Positions 37,595-49,823 of a DNA stretch of 64,000 nucleotides are shown one piece after another. The DNA is from Eledone cirrhosa (taxonomy: Eukaryota): NCBI GenBank assembly GCA_964016885.1, contig OZ024743.1, forward strand, positions 167,214,001 through 167,278,000, in the 5' to 3' direction. Under the pieces are notes generated by a model. It was not told where the DNA came from. It made no database searches and was given only the letters and a program-made list of their open reading frames with translations. Every line of letters begins with the position of its first letter. Position 1 is the stretch's first letter. The position numbers were made by a program, and so were the translations under genes.

Positions 37595-39669
37595 ATTGTA
37601 GTGACGCTGGTTGGTCAGTCTATCTTCATATCTGATCAGACCGTATGCGATAACAGTCCTTCTAAGGACTATTCTCGGATCTGATCAGAAGTAGTGACTA
37701 GACTGACCAACCAGCGTCACTACAACCCGAATGTCCAAAATCCTATAGCTACCACCCGGACTTCTGCACTGCATTATAACCAGCAGACTAACACACAGGA
37801 TAATTGTAACTGTAGAGCTAATAGAACCTGCCCTTTAGATAAAAAATGCCTAACCAAGGATATCATATACTCATGCACCGTCACAATTAGCAACTCTTCA
37901 GAAACCTATGTAGGCTCCACTTCTAACTGCTTCAAAATCAAATATAATTCGCACATCCACTCGTTCAAAAAGCACAGTATAGCCAACTCCACCTCACTAT
38001 CTAGCTACATACACTATCTAAAAACTAAAAATAAACCTTACACACTCAAATGGGAAGTGATAGGTAGCGCGACTTCGTACAAACCACCTAATAAATTTTG
38101 TAACCTCTGTATACTAGAGACCCACAATATTATCTTCTCTAACCGTAACCTACTTAACAAAAAATCTGAAGTGTTTGCAACTTGCCAGCACCGCTTCAGA
38201 CATTCCTTCCAGAACTTTAAGCCCAATATATAGCAATGTCGGACTTGAACCAAACACCACCTCTAGCATCAAACACAAGGGGTACACCTAATACCACATA
38301 CCCAACACTCATTGATCTAATATAACACAAATCGCGACATCCCTCTAGAACCCTTCACAGGGGGAATACCCCTTTGTACCTCTACTTTAGGTGTGACAAC
38401 ATCCACTTGCTTGAACTGCACTACACCACTTTATATTTAATTTAAGCATTGAATTGATTGTATTGTTGGTGCTGTGCGGAGGAAGTGCCATCGTTGGACA
38501 AATGAAAAACTAATTAATCTAGTAACGCTGATGAGCTGTATGACCGGTATGTTGAGTGCAGTGATTGAGTGTATTGCAAGTGGCGTATGGGTTGTACATA
38601 TATGTGTGATTTGATGGTCAGATTGGAGTCATGAGGACTGTGGATTGACTTCTGGTCGGCCCTGGTGATGATTATCTTTCGACATCCAATGTAGCAAGCA
38701 CTGACCCAGAACTTACCAGAGATCATTGTGTGTTGAAGTGATTCTGCAATCACCTTGCCTGGTCCTTTGAGTAGACTGCAATCACAGTGATCATTAATTT
38801 AGAAATCTCGCTCGTCGTGTATAATATTCATTTGTGGCACTCTACGACGGGGGTTAATCACCATTATAAGAACACCTTCAGCACAACTTAATAGACTACT
38901 CTATAGTTAAAACACTTTAAATTTTTAAAAAATTTTTAGAATTTGCGCATAACCATATAAGTTTATTTATAAGTCTATTTTGAGACACAATTTAATAGTT
39001 AGTAATAGAAACTAATGAGTTACCTCCCCTCATGCATTAACTCCCCTTAGCCACACACACACTTCCGGGTAGTATTTCGATGTCGATTCTCGCAACGTAA
39101 CATCCTCCTGTATTGAGCTATAGAACATCAGAATACGATTCTCTAACTGGATTGTCAAACGCCCAATATCGAATCGTCATGGATTATGTGAGGGGCATAT
39201 AATCTGAAAAATACGCTCCCCAGACTATGAAAATGTCGCAGTGCATGAAATCCATATCATCGCTTCGCTACGCATTTCCAATATTTTTAATGCTTACACT
39301 ATTTTTAATACTTATATTATTTCTCCACACACAGACTATAACAATCATATAAAGAATTCATCACCAGATCAACCACCTTAACACTCTCGATTACCTGCTT
39401 AAGTGCTTCTATTACACGTAACTCTCTGCCACACTATATAAACAAGACGCACGTGCTTGCCACACATATAACCTTTGCACTATATAACCGCTTAATTTCA
39501 TGTATTTTAACCTGTATTTTTGATTGTATCTTTTAATATGAATGTAATCTCTAAGTGTGTACTGCCACTCTAAATGCTAAAATGAATGTTGACCCACAAT
39601 ATTTGCATATGTATCTGTATGTCTCTTGGGTGAAAAGGAGGTCATATAAGTGTTCATTCAATAATAAAT

Positions 39670-39716
39670 TGCTCCGAAGAATCCAAACCTCGGTTTGGAG
39701 GAAACAGTTGTAAGCA
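39670..39716 (+). ncRNA. type I hammerhead ribozyme (CCGAAGA core variant)
   Basis: tgct-CCGAAGA-a tccaaacc/ggtttgga g-GAAA-cagttg-TA-agca. Confidence 0.75.
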
Positions 39717-39771
39717 TAAAAATGTTTTGAACAGTTCTTTGATTATTATAATTCATATATATATATATATA

Positions 39772-40607
39772 TATAAACTAATATATATGATGAAACACAA
39801 ATACCAACATATCTGTATTTATATTGCAAAGAAAACGGAACAGGTTTGATTTTGAAATTTAAATGTGTCTAAACATCATGGCCATTTGGCAATACAGTTC
39901 GTCTTTGTTGATTTATTATTTTAAATCGATATGGACAAACTGTAATATTATAATTAGTATACTTCATTCTGGCTAAATTTTCTTTTGCAATATAAATACA
40001 GATATGTTGGTATTTGTGTTTCATCATATATATTAGTTTATACACGGCTCAGAAATATTTCTTTCTTTGAGCTAATTTCATTGTAAAAGAATTCATTACA
40101 CTTAATATAATTGCTCCTTAAGTCGAGCTGAACGTAGCCTTATATATACGGCTGTTATTTCTAGCAGTACGGTTATGAAGCTAGCTAGAAACTGTGAACC
40201 ATGTGCGTTACACAGTCTTTTAAATTATTTAGAAGTGAAGCATATCAAATTGTTCCTGGATGTTTACTGAAGAGAGCAGGACATGATATTCCTTACACTT
40301 TTTCATCTCGAAACATATTTGGATTTTAAAGTTTAAACTTATCTACGGAACAGGTTTGATTTTGAAATTTAAATGTGTCTAAACATCATGGCCATTTGGC
40401 AATACAGTTCGTCTTTGTTGATTTATTATTTTAAATCGATATGGACAAACTGTAATATTATAATTAGTATACTTCATTCTGGCTAAATTTTCTTTTGCAA
40501 CATAAATACAGATATGTTGGTATTTGTGTTTCATCATATATATTAGTTTATACACGGCTCAGAAATATTGCTTGGAGCTAATTTCATTGTAAAAGAATTC
40601 ATTACAC

Positions 40608-40612
<5 letters not shown>
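39772..40612 (+). mobile_element. non-coding HHR element: 510-bp period x1.5 with short inverted arm
   Basis: acggaacagg at 39835 and 40345; 39772-39835 is the reverse complement of 39978-40042. Confidence 0.8.
40260..40386 (+). ncRNA. type I hammerhead ribozyme with long stem III loop
   Basis: atgttta-CTGAAGA-gag..ctc-GAAA-catattt..aaatgtg-TC-taaacat; predicted cut after 40379. Confidence 0.8.
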
Positions 40613-40682
<70 letters not shown>

Positions 40683-40696
40683 GATATATATATATC

Positions 40697-40737
<41 letters not shown>

Positions 40738-40859
40738 AATATAGACATAGAATATTCGAAAATATTCTGTATGTTTATAATAAACATTTTGAAGACCTAA
40801 TCGCTATAGAATAGAATACGTCACGTATTACAATTAGATTCTCGATAAAAGCAAGGGAA

Positions 40860-40902
40860 GTAATCTACGCGTTTCATTCTTATTAGAAATCTTCAGGACT
40901 AC
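40860..40902 (-). ncRNA. type I hammerhead ribozyme (first of 12 minus-strand copies, period 310)
   Basis: reverse complement of 44733-44775. Confidence 0.85.
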
Positions 40903-43900
40903 ATATCCAGTGCTTTTATCGAGAATGACACAGCTAGAGACTTATAGAATACTTAGCTGTGTACATGAACTGGTTTGAAAGAGCGGTTGCCGGTCCGGCA
41001 GAAATTAGAAATTGGAATAAATGCTCTGAAATAGCGATATATATGTGAATATAGACATAGAATATTCGAAAATATTCTGTATGTTTATAATAAACATTTT
41101 GAAGACCTAATCGCTATAGAATAGAATACGTCACGTATTACAATTAGATTCTCGATAAAAGCAAGGGAAGTAATCTACGCGTTTCATTCTTATTAGAAAT
41201 CTTCAGGACTACATATCCAGTGCTTTTATCGAGAATGACACAGCTAGAGACTTATAGAATACTTAGCTGTGTACATGAACTGGTTTGAAAGAGCGGTTGC
41301 CGGTCCGGCAGAAATTAGAAATTGGAATAAATGCTCTGAAATAGCGATATATATGTGAATATAGACATAGAATATTCGAAAATATTCTGTATGTTTATAA
41401 TAAACATTTTGAAGACCTAATCGCTATAGAATAGAATACGTCACGTATTACAATTAGATTCTCGATAAAAGCAAGGGAAGTAATCTACGCGTTTCATTCT
41501 TATTAGAAATCTTCAGGACTACATATCCAGTGCTTTTATCGAGAATGACACAGCTAGAGACTTATAGAATACTTAGCTGTGTACATGAACTGGTTTGAAA
41601 GAGCGGTTGCCGGTCCGGCAGAAATTAGAAATTGGAATAAATGCTCTGAAATAGCGATATATATGTGAATATAGACATAGAATATTCGAAAATATTCTGT
41701 ATGTTTATAATAAACATTTTGAAGACCTAATCGCTATAGAATAGAATACGTCACGTATTACAATTAGATTCTCGATAAAAGCAAGGGAAGTAATCTACGC
41801 GTTTCATTCTTATTAGAAATCTTCAGGACTACATATCCAGTGCTTTTATCGAGAATGACACAGCTAGAGACTTATAGAATACTTAGCTGTGTACATGAAC
41901 TGGTTTGAAAGAGCGGTTGCCGGTCCGGCAGAAATTAGAAATTGGAATAAATGCTCTGAAATAGCGATATATATGTGAATATAGACATAGAATATTCGAA
42001 AATATTCTGTATGTTTATAATAAACATTTTGAAGACCTAATCGCTATAGAATAGAATACGTCACGTATTACAATTAGATTCTCGATAAAAGCAAGGGAAG
42101 TAATCTACGCGTTTCATTCTTATTAGAAATCTTCAGGACTACATATCCAGTGCTTTTATCGAGAATGACACAGCTAGAGACTTATAGAATACTTAGCTGT
42201 GTACATGAACTGGTTTGAAAGAGCGGTTGCCGGTCCGGCAGAAATTAGAAATTGGAATAAATGCTCTGAAATAGCGATATATATGTGAATATAGACATAG
42301 AATATTCGAAAATATTCTGTATGTTTATAATAAACATTTTGAAGACCTAATCGCTATAGAATAGAATACGTCACGTATTACAATTAGATTCTCGATAAAA
42401 GCAAGGGAAGTAATCTACGCGTTTCATTCTTATTAGAAATCTTCAGGACTACATATCCAGTGCTTTTATCGAGAATGACACAGCTAGAGACTTATAGAAT
42501 ACTTAGCTGTGTACATGAACTGGTTTGAAAGAGCGGTTGCCGGTCCGGCAGAAATTAGAAATTGGAATAAATGCTCTGAAATAGCGATATATATGTGAAT
42601 ATAGACATAGAATATTCGAAAATATTCTGTATGTTTATAATAAACATTTTGAAGACCTAATCGCTATAGAATAGAATACGTCACGTATTACAATTAGATT
42701 CTCGATAAAAGCAAGGGAAGTAATCTACGCGTTTCATTCTTATTAGAAATCTTCAGGACTACATATCCAGTGCTTTTATCGAGAATGACACAGCTAGAGA
42801 CTTATAGAATACTTAGCTGTGTACATGAACTGGTTTGAAAGAGCGGTTGCCGGTCCGGCAGAAATTAGAAATTGGAATAAATGCTCTGAAATAGCGATAT
42901 ATATGTGAATATAGACATAGAATATTCGAAAATATTCTGTATGTTTATAATAAACATTTTGAAGACCTAATCGCTATAGAATAGAATACGTCACGTATTA
43001 CAATTAGATTCTCGATAAAAGCAAGGGAAGTAATCTACGCGTTTCATTCTTATTAGAAATCTTCAGGACTACATATCCAGTGCTTTTATCGAGAATGACA
43101 CAGCTAGAGACTTATAGAATACTTAGCTGTGTACATGAACTGGTTTGAAAGAGCGGTTGCCGGTCCGGCAGAAATTAGAAATTGGAATAAATGCTCTGAA
43201 ATAGCGATATATATGTGAATATAGACATAGAATATTCGAAAATATTCTGTATGTTTATAATAAACATTTTGAAGACCTAATCGCTATAGAATAGAATACG
43301 TCACGTATTACAATTAGATTCTCGATAAAAGCAAGGGAAGTAATCTACGCGTTTCATTCTTATTAGAAATCTTCAGGACTACATATCCAGTGCTTTTATC
43401 GAGAATGACACAGCTAGAGACTTATAGAATACTTAGCTGTGTACATGAACTGGTTTGAAAGAGCGGTTGCCGGTCCGGCAGAAATTAGAAATTGGAATAA
43501 ATGCTCTGAAATAGCGATATATATGTGAATATAGACATAGAATATTCGAAAATATTCTGTATGTTTATAATAAACATTTTGAAGACCTAATCGCTATAGA
43601 ATAGAATACGTCACGTATTACAATTAGATTCTCGATAAAAGCAAGGGAAGTAATCTACGCGTTTCATTCTTATTAGAAATCTTCAGGACTACATATCCAG
43701 TGCTTTTATCGAGAATGACACAGCTAGAGACTTATAGAATACTTAGCTGTGTACATGAACTGGTTTGAAAGAGCGGTTGCCGGTCCGGCAGAAATTAGAA
43801 ATTGGAATAAATGCTCTGAAATAGCGATATATATGTGAATATAGACATAGAATATTCGAAAATATTCTGTATGTTTATAATAAACATTTTGAAGACCTAA

Positions 43901-44732
43901 TCGCTATAGAATAGAATACGTCACGTATTACAATTAGATTCTCGATAAAAGCAAGGGAAGTAATCTACGCGTTTCATTCTTATTAGAAATCTTCAGGACT
44001 ACATATCCAGTGCTTTTATCGAGAATGACACAGCTAGAGACTTATAGAATACTTAGCTGTGTACATGAACTGGTTTGAAAGAGCGGTTGCCGGTCCGGCA
44101 GAAATTAGAAATTGGAATAAATGCTCTGAAATAGCGATATATATGTGAATATAGACATAGAATATTCGAAAATATTCTGTATGTTTATAATAAACATTTT
44201 GAAGACCTAATCGCTATAGAATAGAATACGTCACGTATTACAATTAGATTCTCGATAAAAGCAAGGGAAGTAATCTACGCGTTTCATTCTTATTAGAAAT
44301 CTTCAGGACTACATATCCAGTGCTTTTATCGAGAATGACACAGCTAGAGACTTATAGAATACTTAGCTGTGTACATGAACTGGTTTGAAAGAGCGGTTGC
44401 CGGTCCGGCAGAAATTAGAAATTGGAATAAATGCTCTGAAATAGCGATATATATGTGAATATAGACATAGAATATTCGAAAATATTCTGTATGTTTATAA
44501 TAAACATATTCTATTCTATAGCGATTAGGTCTTCAAAATGTTTATTATAAACATACAGAATATTTTCGAATATTCTATGTCTATATTCACATATATATCG
44601 CTATTTCAGAGCATTTATTCCAATTTCTAATTTCTGCCGGACCGGCAACCGCTCTTTCAAACCAGTTCATGTACACAGCTAAGTATTCTATAAGTCTCTA
44701 GCTGTGTCATTCTCGATAAAAGCACTGGATAT

Positions 44733-44775
44733 GTAGTCCTGAAGATTTCTAATAAGAATGAAACGCGTAGATTAC
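44733..44775 (+). ncRNA. type I hammerhead ribozyme (also at 45043 and 45353)
   Basis: gtagtc-CTGAAGA-t ttct aata agaa t-GAAA-cgcg-TA-gattac; predicted cut after 44769. Confidence 0.85.
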
Positions 44776-45553
44776 TTCCCTTGCTTTTATCGAGAATCTA
44801 ATTGTAATACGTGACGTATTCTATTCTATAGCGATTAGGTCTTCAAAATGTTTATTATAAACATACAGAATATTTTCGAATATTCTATGTCTATATTCAC
44901 ATATATATCGCTATTTCAGAGCATTTATTCCAATTTCTAATTTCTGCCGGACCGGCAACCGCTCTTTCAAACCAGTTCATGTACACAGCTAAGTATTCTA
45001 TAAGTCTCTAGCTGTGTCATTCTCGATAAAAGCACTGGATATGTAGTCCTGAAGATTTCTAATAAGAATGAAACGCGTAGATTACTTCCCTTGCTTTTAT
45101 CGAGAATCTAATTGTAATACGTGACGTATTCTATTCTATAGCGATTAGGTCTTCAAAATGTTTATTATAAACATACAGAATATTTTCGAATATTCTATGT
45201 CTATATTCACATATATATCGCTATTTCAGAGCATTTATTCCAATTTCTAATTTCTGCCGGACCGGCAACCGCTCTTTCAAACCAGTTCATGTACACAGCT
45301 AAGTATTCTATAAGTCTCTAGCTGTGTCATTCTCGATAAAAGCACTGGATATGTAGTCCTGAAGATTTCTAATAAGAATGAAACGCGTAGATTACTTCCC
45401 TTGCTTTTATCGAGAATCTAATTGTAATACGTGACGTATTCTATTCTATAGCGATTAGGTCTTCAAAATGTTTATTATAAACATACAGAATATTTTCGAA
45501 TATTCTATGTCTATATTCACATATATATCGCTATTTCAGAGCATTTATTCCAA

Positions 45554-45597
<44 letters not shown>

Positions 45598-45630
45598 CAT
45601 ATATATCATATATATATAAAATATATATAT

Positions 45631-45795
45631 CATCATCACCATCATCATTTTACGTCCGCTTTTCCCTGCTTGCAAGGGTGGGACGGGTCTTATTCAGCAC
45701 ACCATCTCTCCACTTGTCATGGTACTTCGTCATCTCCACCATGAGCTTCAGTAATCTGAGGTCTGTTCTCACCACCTCCGCCCATGTTTTTCGTG
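45631..45795 (-). mobile_element. RTE 3' end
   Basis: SRKTWAEVVR..; similar to 52757-52920. Confidence 0.85.
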
Positions 45796-46029
45796 AAATA
45801 ACGGTAAATAAAAATAAAAATAAAGGGAAAATAATGATATCAACAATAAATGAATAAATGCTAATACATGAATAAATGCAAATAAATAAATAAGTGTTAA
45901 TAAACAAGTTACATTTAGGATGATATAAAACAATACAAAATATGAAAATAAATAAATAAAAAATGTGGGAAGAAAAGTAAACATAGTAAAATTATTGTTG
46001 GTGGTTAAAATATAGAGATTCGAAGGTAT

Positions 46030-46227
46030 AATCAGGATGTTGTTGGAGATATGTGTGTCTGGAATGATGCCGGTGTACTTAGTGTCACGAATGACCAAAA
46101 GAAGGAGGCCTGGAAATGTCATTATGAGAGACTGATGAATGTAGAGAACAAATGGGACAGAGAGGAATTACCCCCCAGTACACCCGACAGAGGGACCAGC
46201 TATTGAGATTGACAAATACAGGGTCCA
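46030..46227 (+). mobile_element. internal RTE fragment
   Basis: similar to about 51288-51483. Confidence 0.8.
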
Positions 46228-46296
46228 CCATCCACCACCACCACCACCACCACCACCAGCGATCGGGCCTTAAGAAAACAACAACTATAATAATAA

Positions 46297-46420
46297 TAAT
46301 TTTTCTGCTGTTGGCACGGGGCAGCGATTGTCCCAGCGCATTGTTCGTGCTTTGTTTTGTCGACTTCGTGGGGATGAAGGACGGGGTTGACCCCTCGTGA
46401 TTTGAGCTCGGAGCGTGGAG
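46297..46420 (-). mobile_element. SINE copy, A-to-G hypermutated on the plus strand
   Basis: aligns with 8591-8708. Confidence 0.75.
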
Positions 46421-46436
46421 GGTCATTTCTCTATGC

Positions 46437-49129
46437 CAGCGCTGCCGAAAGTTTTTTTCAAAACGTACAGAATCTGACCAAAACGCACATAATTTTACTA
46501 AATCCCCCAATTACAATCAAAAACACTCTTTTTATACATATTTTTCAAGTTAACAACATTTATTGACAATTTAAACATAAGGGCATCAAAAAGAAACGTC
46601 ATCTTCCTGAGCAGATTCTCTGTTGTACCAATTTATTTCAAATAATGCTTTGCAAAGATGTTCATCGGACTCCCACGCCGTGCAGTCGGCCTGTCGTAAC
46701 AAATATTCGACCTAACAAGAGCGTTAAGAGTGGAAGTTTTCAAACAATTTAGATTCTTTGTTTTAATAGAGTGGAGAACAGAGAAAATTCTTTCAGCCGC
46801 TGCGGAGGAGTGGGTAAAGAAAGAAGACTAAGCATAAGAAATGACAGCAGAGGGTAAAGGTTCTCATCGCCACATTTCTCTTGTGAGACAGCAAACCAAA
46901 ATTTTTCTGGATCGTTGTGCGGGATGAAGGAAGAACCTTGAATCGTCAGGTGGCGCCATTCCTGATTTATCTCTTCGTAATCTTTCTCATCACAAAGACT
47001 TGGAAATCGCATAACAAGTGGAATTATTGACCTCGGCCTTCCCTCTATCACGTTGGTTGGGTCTAACGCCTCAAGTAGTTCCAAATTGTTCTGCATATTG
47101 CAAGACAAAAACCGCATTAGCATTTGGTTTGAAAGACAAACAAAGAATCGTAGTATATTCTGTCGGAAGGTCAGCAATTCATCAAGGGCAATGGTGGTAG
47201 AATTGTCGTGTAAAATGCTCTCAGCTACACCACCAAAGTAGATACGATCTAATGGTTGGTGTGCTGTTGAATCGTTGACATTCAAATCAGGTTTAATGAA
47301 ATTGCTCAAAATTCCCTTCATTCCAGCGTCGATTGCTCTTTTGAGTTTAGGCATCCAATAGCTTTCGGCCTGGAATTCCAGATTAAGTTTGTTGACGTCG
47401 TTTAAAATAAAAGATAGAAATGCAAAATACATCTTTGTAAGAGGATTCTTCATTTCAGTGAGAATTCTTCGAGCCGTAGACGGACACCCATCCTCTAATG
47501 TTGCTTGGGTGAAATATGCCAGCAATGCTCTAAAATGCGCTCCACAACTTGCTTGAGAGACAGCCACCTCGTGCAGCTTGCATGCAGGATTTTGTGAGGA
47601 TCAATTGAAGCTATTTTCTACAGACCTTTGTATTCATTGAACCGCTTAGGACTGTGACTAAAGTATGCATAAATACTTCTTGTCAATTCTTCCACGGAAT
47701 TTGGTAATTCATTGCACGCTTTTGATGAACTTAAGTGTAATGAATGACAAACACAGGCTTGCACAAGTAGATCTGGTCTCGTCTGCTTCAACAAATGCTG
47801 GACGCCTCCTTTGCTGCCCATCATAACACTCGCATTATCACAGGCGAAACCTATCAAATTTTCCAAAGGAATAGCGTATTCGTTGAAAAACGGTAGAAGA
47901 CAGTTGCAAATACCCACAGCACTGCAATCATTTATTTCTATAAACGTTAGAAAATCGTCGATAGTCTTTTGAATTTCAACGTCGTAATATCTGGATACAA
48001 GGACGAGTTGTTTAAGTGTTGAAACATCAGTTGTTTCATCGAAGATGAGGGAGAATTTTGTCGAATGAAGCTTCTTTAATAAAGTGTTGAAGCCATAGGG
48101 GCCAATGACGTTTGAAAAGATGGATGTGCCTTTTGTTCTGGCACACTTCACATCCTGTGTGATTTTAGAATCAGGACAGGCGTTTACAACAAGGCCAGGC
48201 AATTGGTCCAAAATAGAGATGGGTAGATTATGCTCAGCAACAAATGCAGAGTACTTTAATTCAGCAGATACTACTTTCCTGGAGTGTGAAGAAAACAAAG
48301 AGGCTTGGATAAAAGTTGTCAATTTCATTGCTTTGTTCGCTTCTTTTGCATTCTTGCGGTGCTTTTCTGTCTGCTCATGTCGTAAAATTTGACTCAAACT
48401 GCCGGCAATTTCACATTTGCAAAATATGCATTTGCCTTTAGTTGTATCGTTCTTGCCCACTTCCAACCAAGAAGAAAAGTTTTCATCGTACAACAATTTG
48501 GACGGAAACTTCCTTTCATACGATGCCCATCTAGCCTTCTTCTTATCTGCTGCTTTACGTTCGTTATCTGAAGAATGTTCTCGTTTCACAGTTCTATCAC
48601 TCATATCTGGTTCAAGTGAGTTCTATAAGATTTATTTGAATTAATTAAACTATTAAAAACATCACATACCGTTTACACTGTAGGTTATAAGAATTCTGCT
48701 TTTGTGTTCAGACTGATACGGCGTGGTTGTATAAATTAGCTCTGTAAAATTAAATCTAATCTATCAAACTTTTGAAAAAAAATTCATCCACCTTTTACAC
48801 CAGTTTGTGAGAAAAATTCCTTCGTTATGACAGATATGGCGTGGTAAACTGGACATATACTTCCCCCAAATTTACAGCCGCCCTTGACCTCATAAGTCAA
48901 CGCGCGCTTGCACGCACAAGTCTCGTCTGCATTCTCATGTGCTTTTATTTTTGTGAAGCTCCGAAACGCGCATATGTGAAAATGCACTCAATCAATGCGT
49001 CAAAACAAGAATTTTATAAACCGATGGCAAGATCACTAAAACGTACAGCAAATTCGTCCGAACGTACAGCACATTAAATTTTTGAGCAAAACGTAGTTTT
49101 GTACGAACGTACAGTCATCGGCAGCGCTG
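46437..49129 (-). mobile_element. hAT DNA transposon with 12-bp TIR and 8-bp TSD
   Basis: TIR cagcgctgccga/tcggcagcgctg; TSD ctctatgc at 46429-46436 and 49130-49137. Confidence 0.95.
46749..48604 (-). pseudogene. hAT transposase (frameshifted)
   Basis: C..C..H...H finger, DETTD, DNASVM, C..HSL, dimerisation-like C-terminus. Confidence 0.9.
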
Positions 49130-49157
49130 CTCTATGCTGTAAAACAATTATTATAAT

Positions 49158-49265
49158 AATTGTTTCTACTTTTGGCACAAGGCCAGCAATTACTCAGTAC
49201 ATTACTGGTACTTTATTTTATCGACGTCGTAAGGATGAAAGGCAAAGTTAATCTCGGCGGGATTT
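49158..49265 (-). mobile_element. Octopus-type SINE fragment
   Basis: similar to 8591-8708. Confidence 0.75.
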
Positions 49266-49823
49266 ATAATAATACTGAACAGTAACACACGGCTTCAATT
49301 ATACTAACTCTTTCGAAAGTCAACAGTTGACATGATCTTGTATCAGTAATGACGGTAATATATGTATATATGTGTGTGTGTGTGTGTGTAAGTGAGTGGC
49401 GTGTGTGTGTTTGTATGCATGAGTATTGGTGTGTGTGAGTGGCATGTGTGTGTCGTTACGTATGTGTGTCAATAGGTGATTTTTTTTTTTTGCGCGCGGG
49501 GACATAGAAATAATCGGGTTGGATACTCGATCGCGCAGTTAAACCACTGGGAGTGAAGGACCCCTAGCTTTTGTCAGGGCATTCTTCTAGGAAAAGCATC
49601 TCAGGAAACTGGGTTAACTCCGACATAAAACCTGCGGCTCAGTAGTTACCGATGATGTTGATCTTTTCTTCTTTTCGGGTTATAGTTACTGTCGTTCAGA
49701 GAGTGGGATTGGCTCAGTGCACAGTCTTTCCTCACTTTAAAAAATTCTTCACGCACAGGTATTGCATGATTGTATTAATTAATAATTATTAATAGTGTTA
49801 TTATTATTGTTATTATTATTATG

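Larger units (their letters stand above)
32737..37724 (-). mobile_element. Gypsy LTR retrotransposon, CsRN1-like, with 4-bp TSD ACCC
   Basis: TGTA..TACA ends; ACCC at 32733-32736 and 37725-37728; PR-RT-RH-IN order; Trp PBS; CHCC Gag motif. Confidence 0.9.
31831..39757 (+). mobile_element. 5'-truncated Hydra-like PLE with short inverted tail-bearing arm (31831-32050), interrupted by a Gypsy element
   Basis: SNHP, FNPPFNLNV..KISYS, CNCR..CPL..CL..IIY, YVGST, CNLC, LLNKKSE; 31993-32050 is the reverse complement of about 39702-39759. Confidence 0.9.
40731..45561. repeat. 310-bp tandem array (12.2 units, then 3.4 inverted units), one hammerhead per unit: retrozyme-like
   Basis: units start at 40731, 41041 ... 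44451; inversion at 44507. Confidence 0.95.

Noticed and set aside
38440-38860. Compositionally distinct block in the PLE 3' region; also 21262-21600 and 49500-49780
   Set aside because: No termini, TSD or motif that I can support; left unannotated.
40731-45561. CRISPR array or coding tandem repeat
   Set aside because: No unique spacers, no cas genes, no ORF, and a eukaryotic context.
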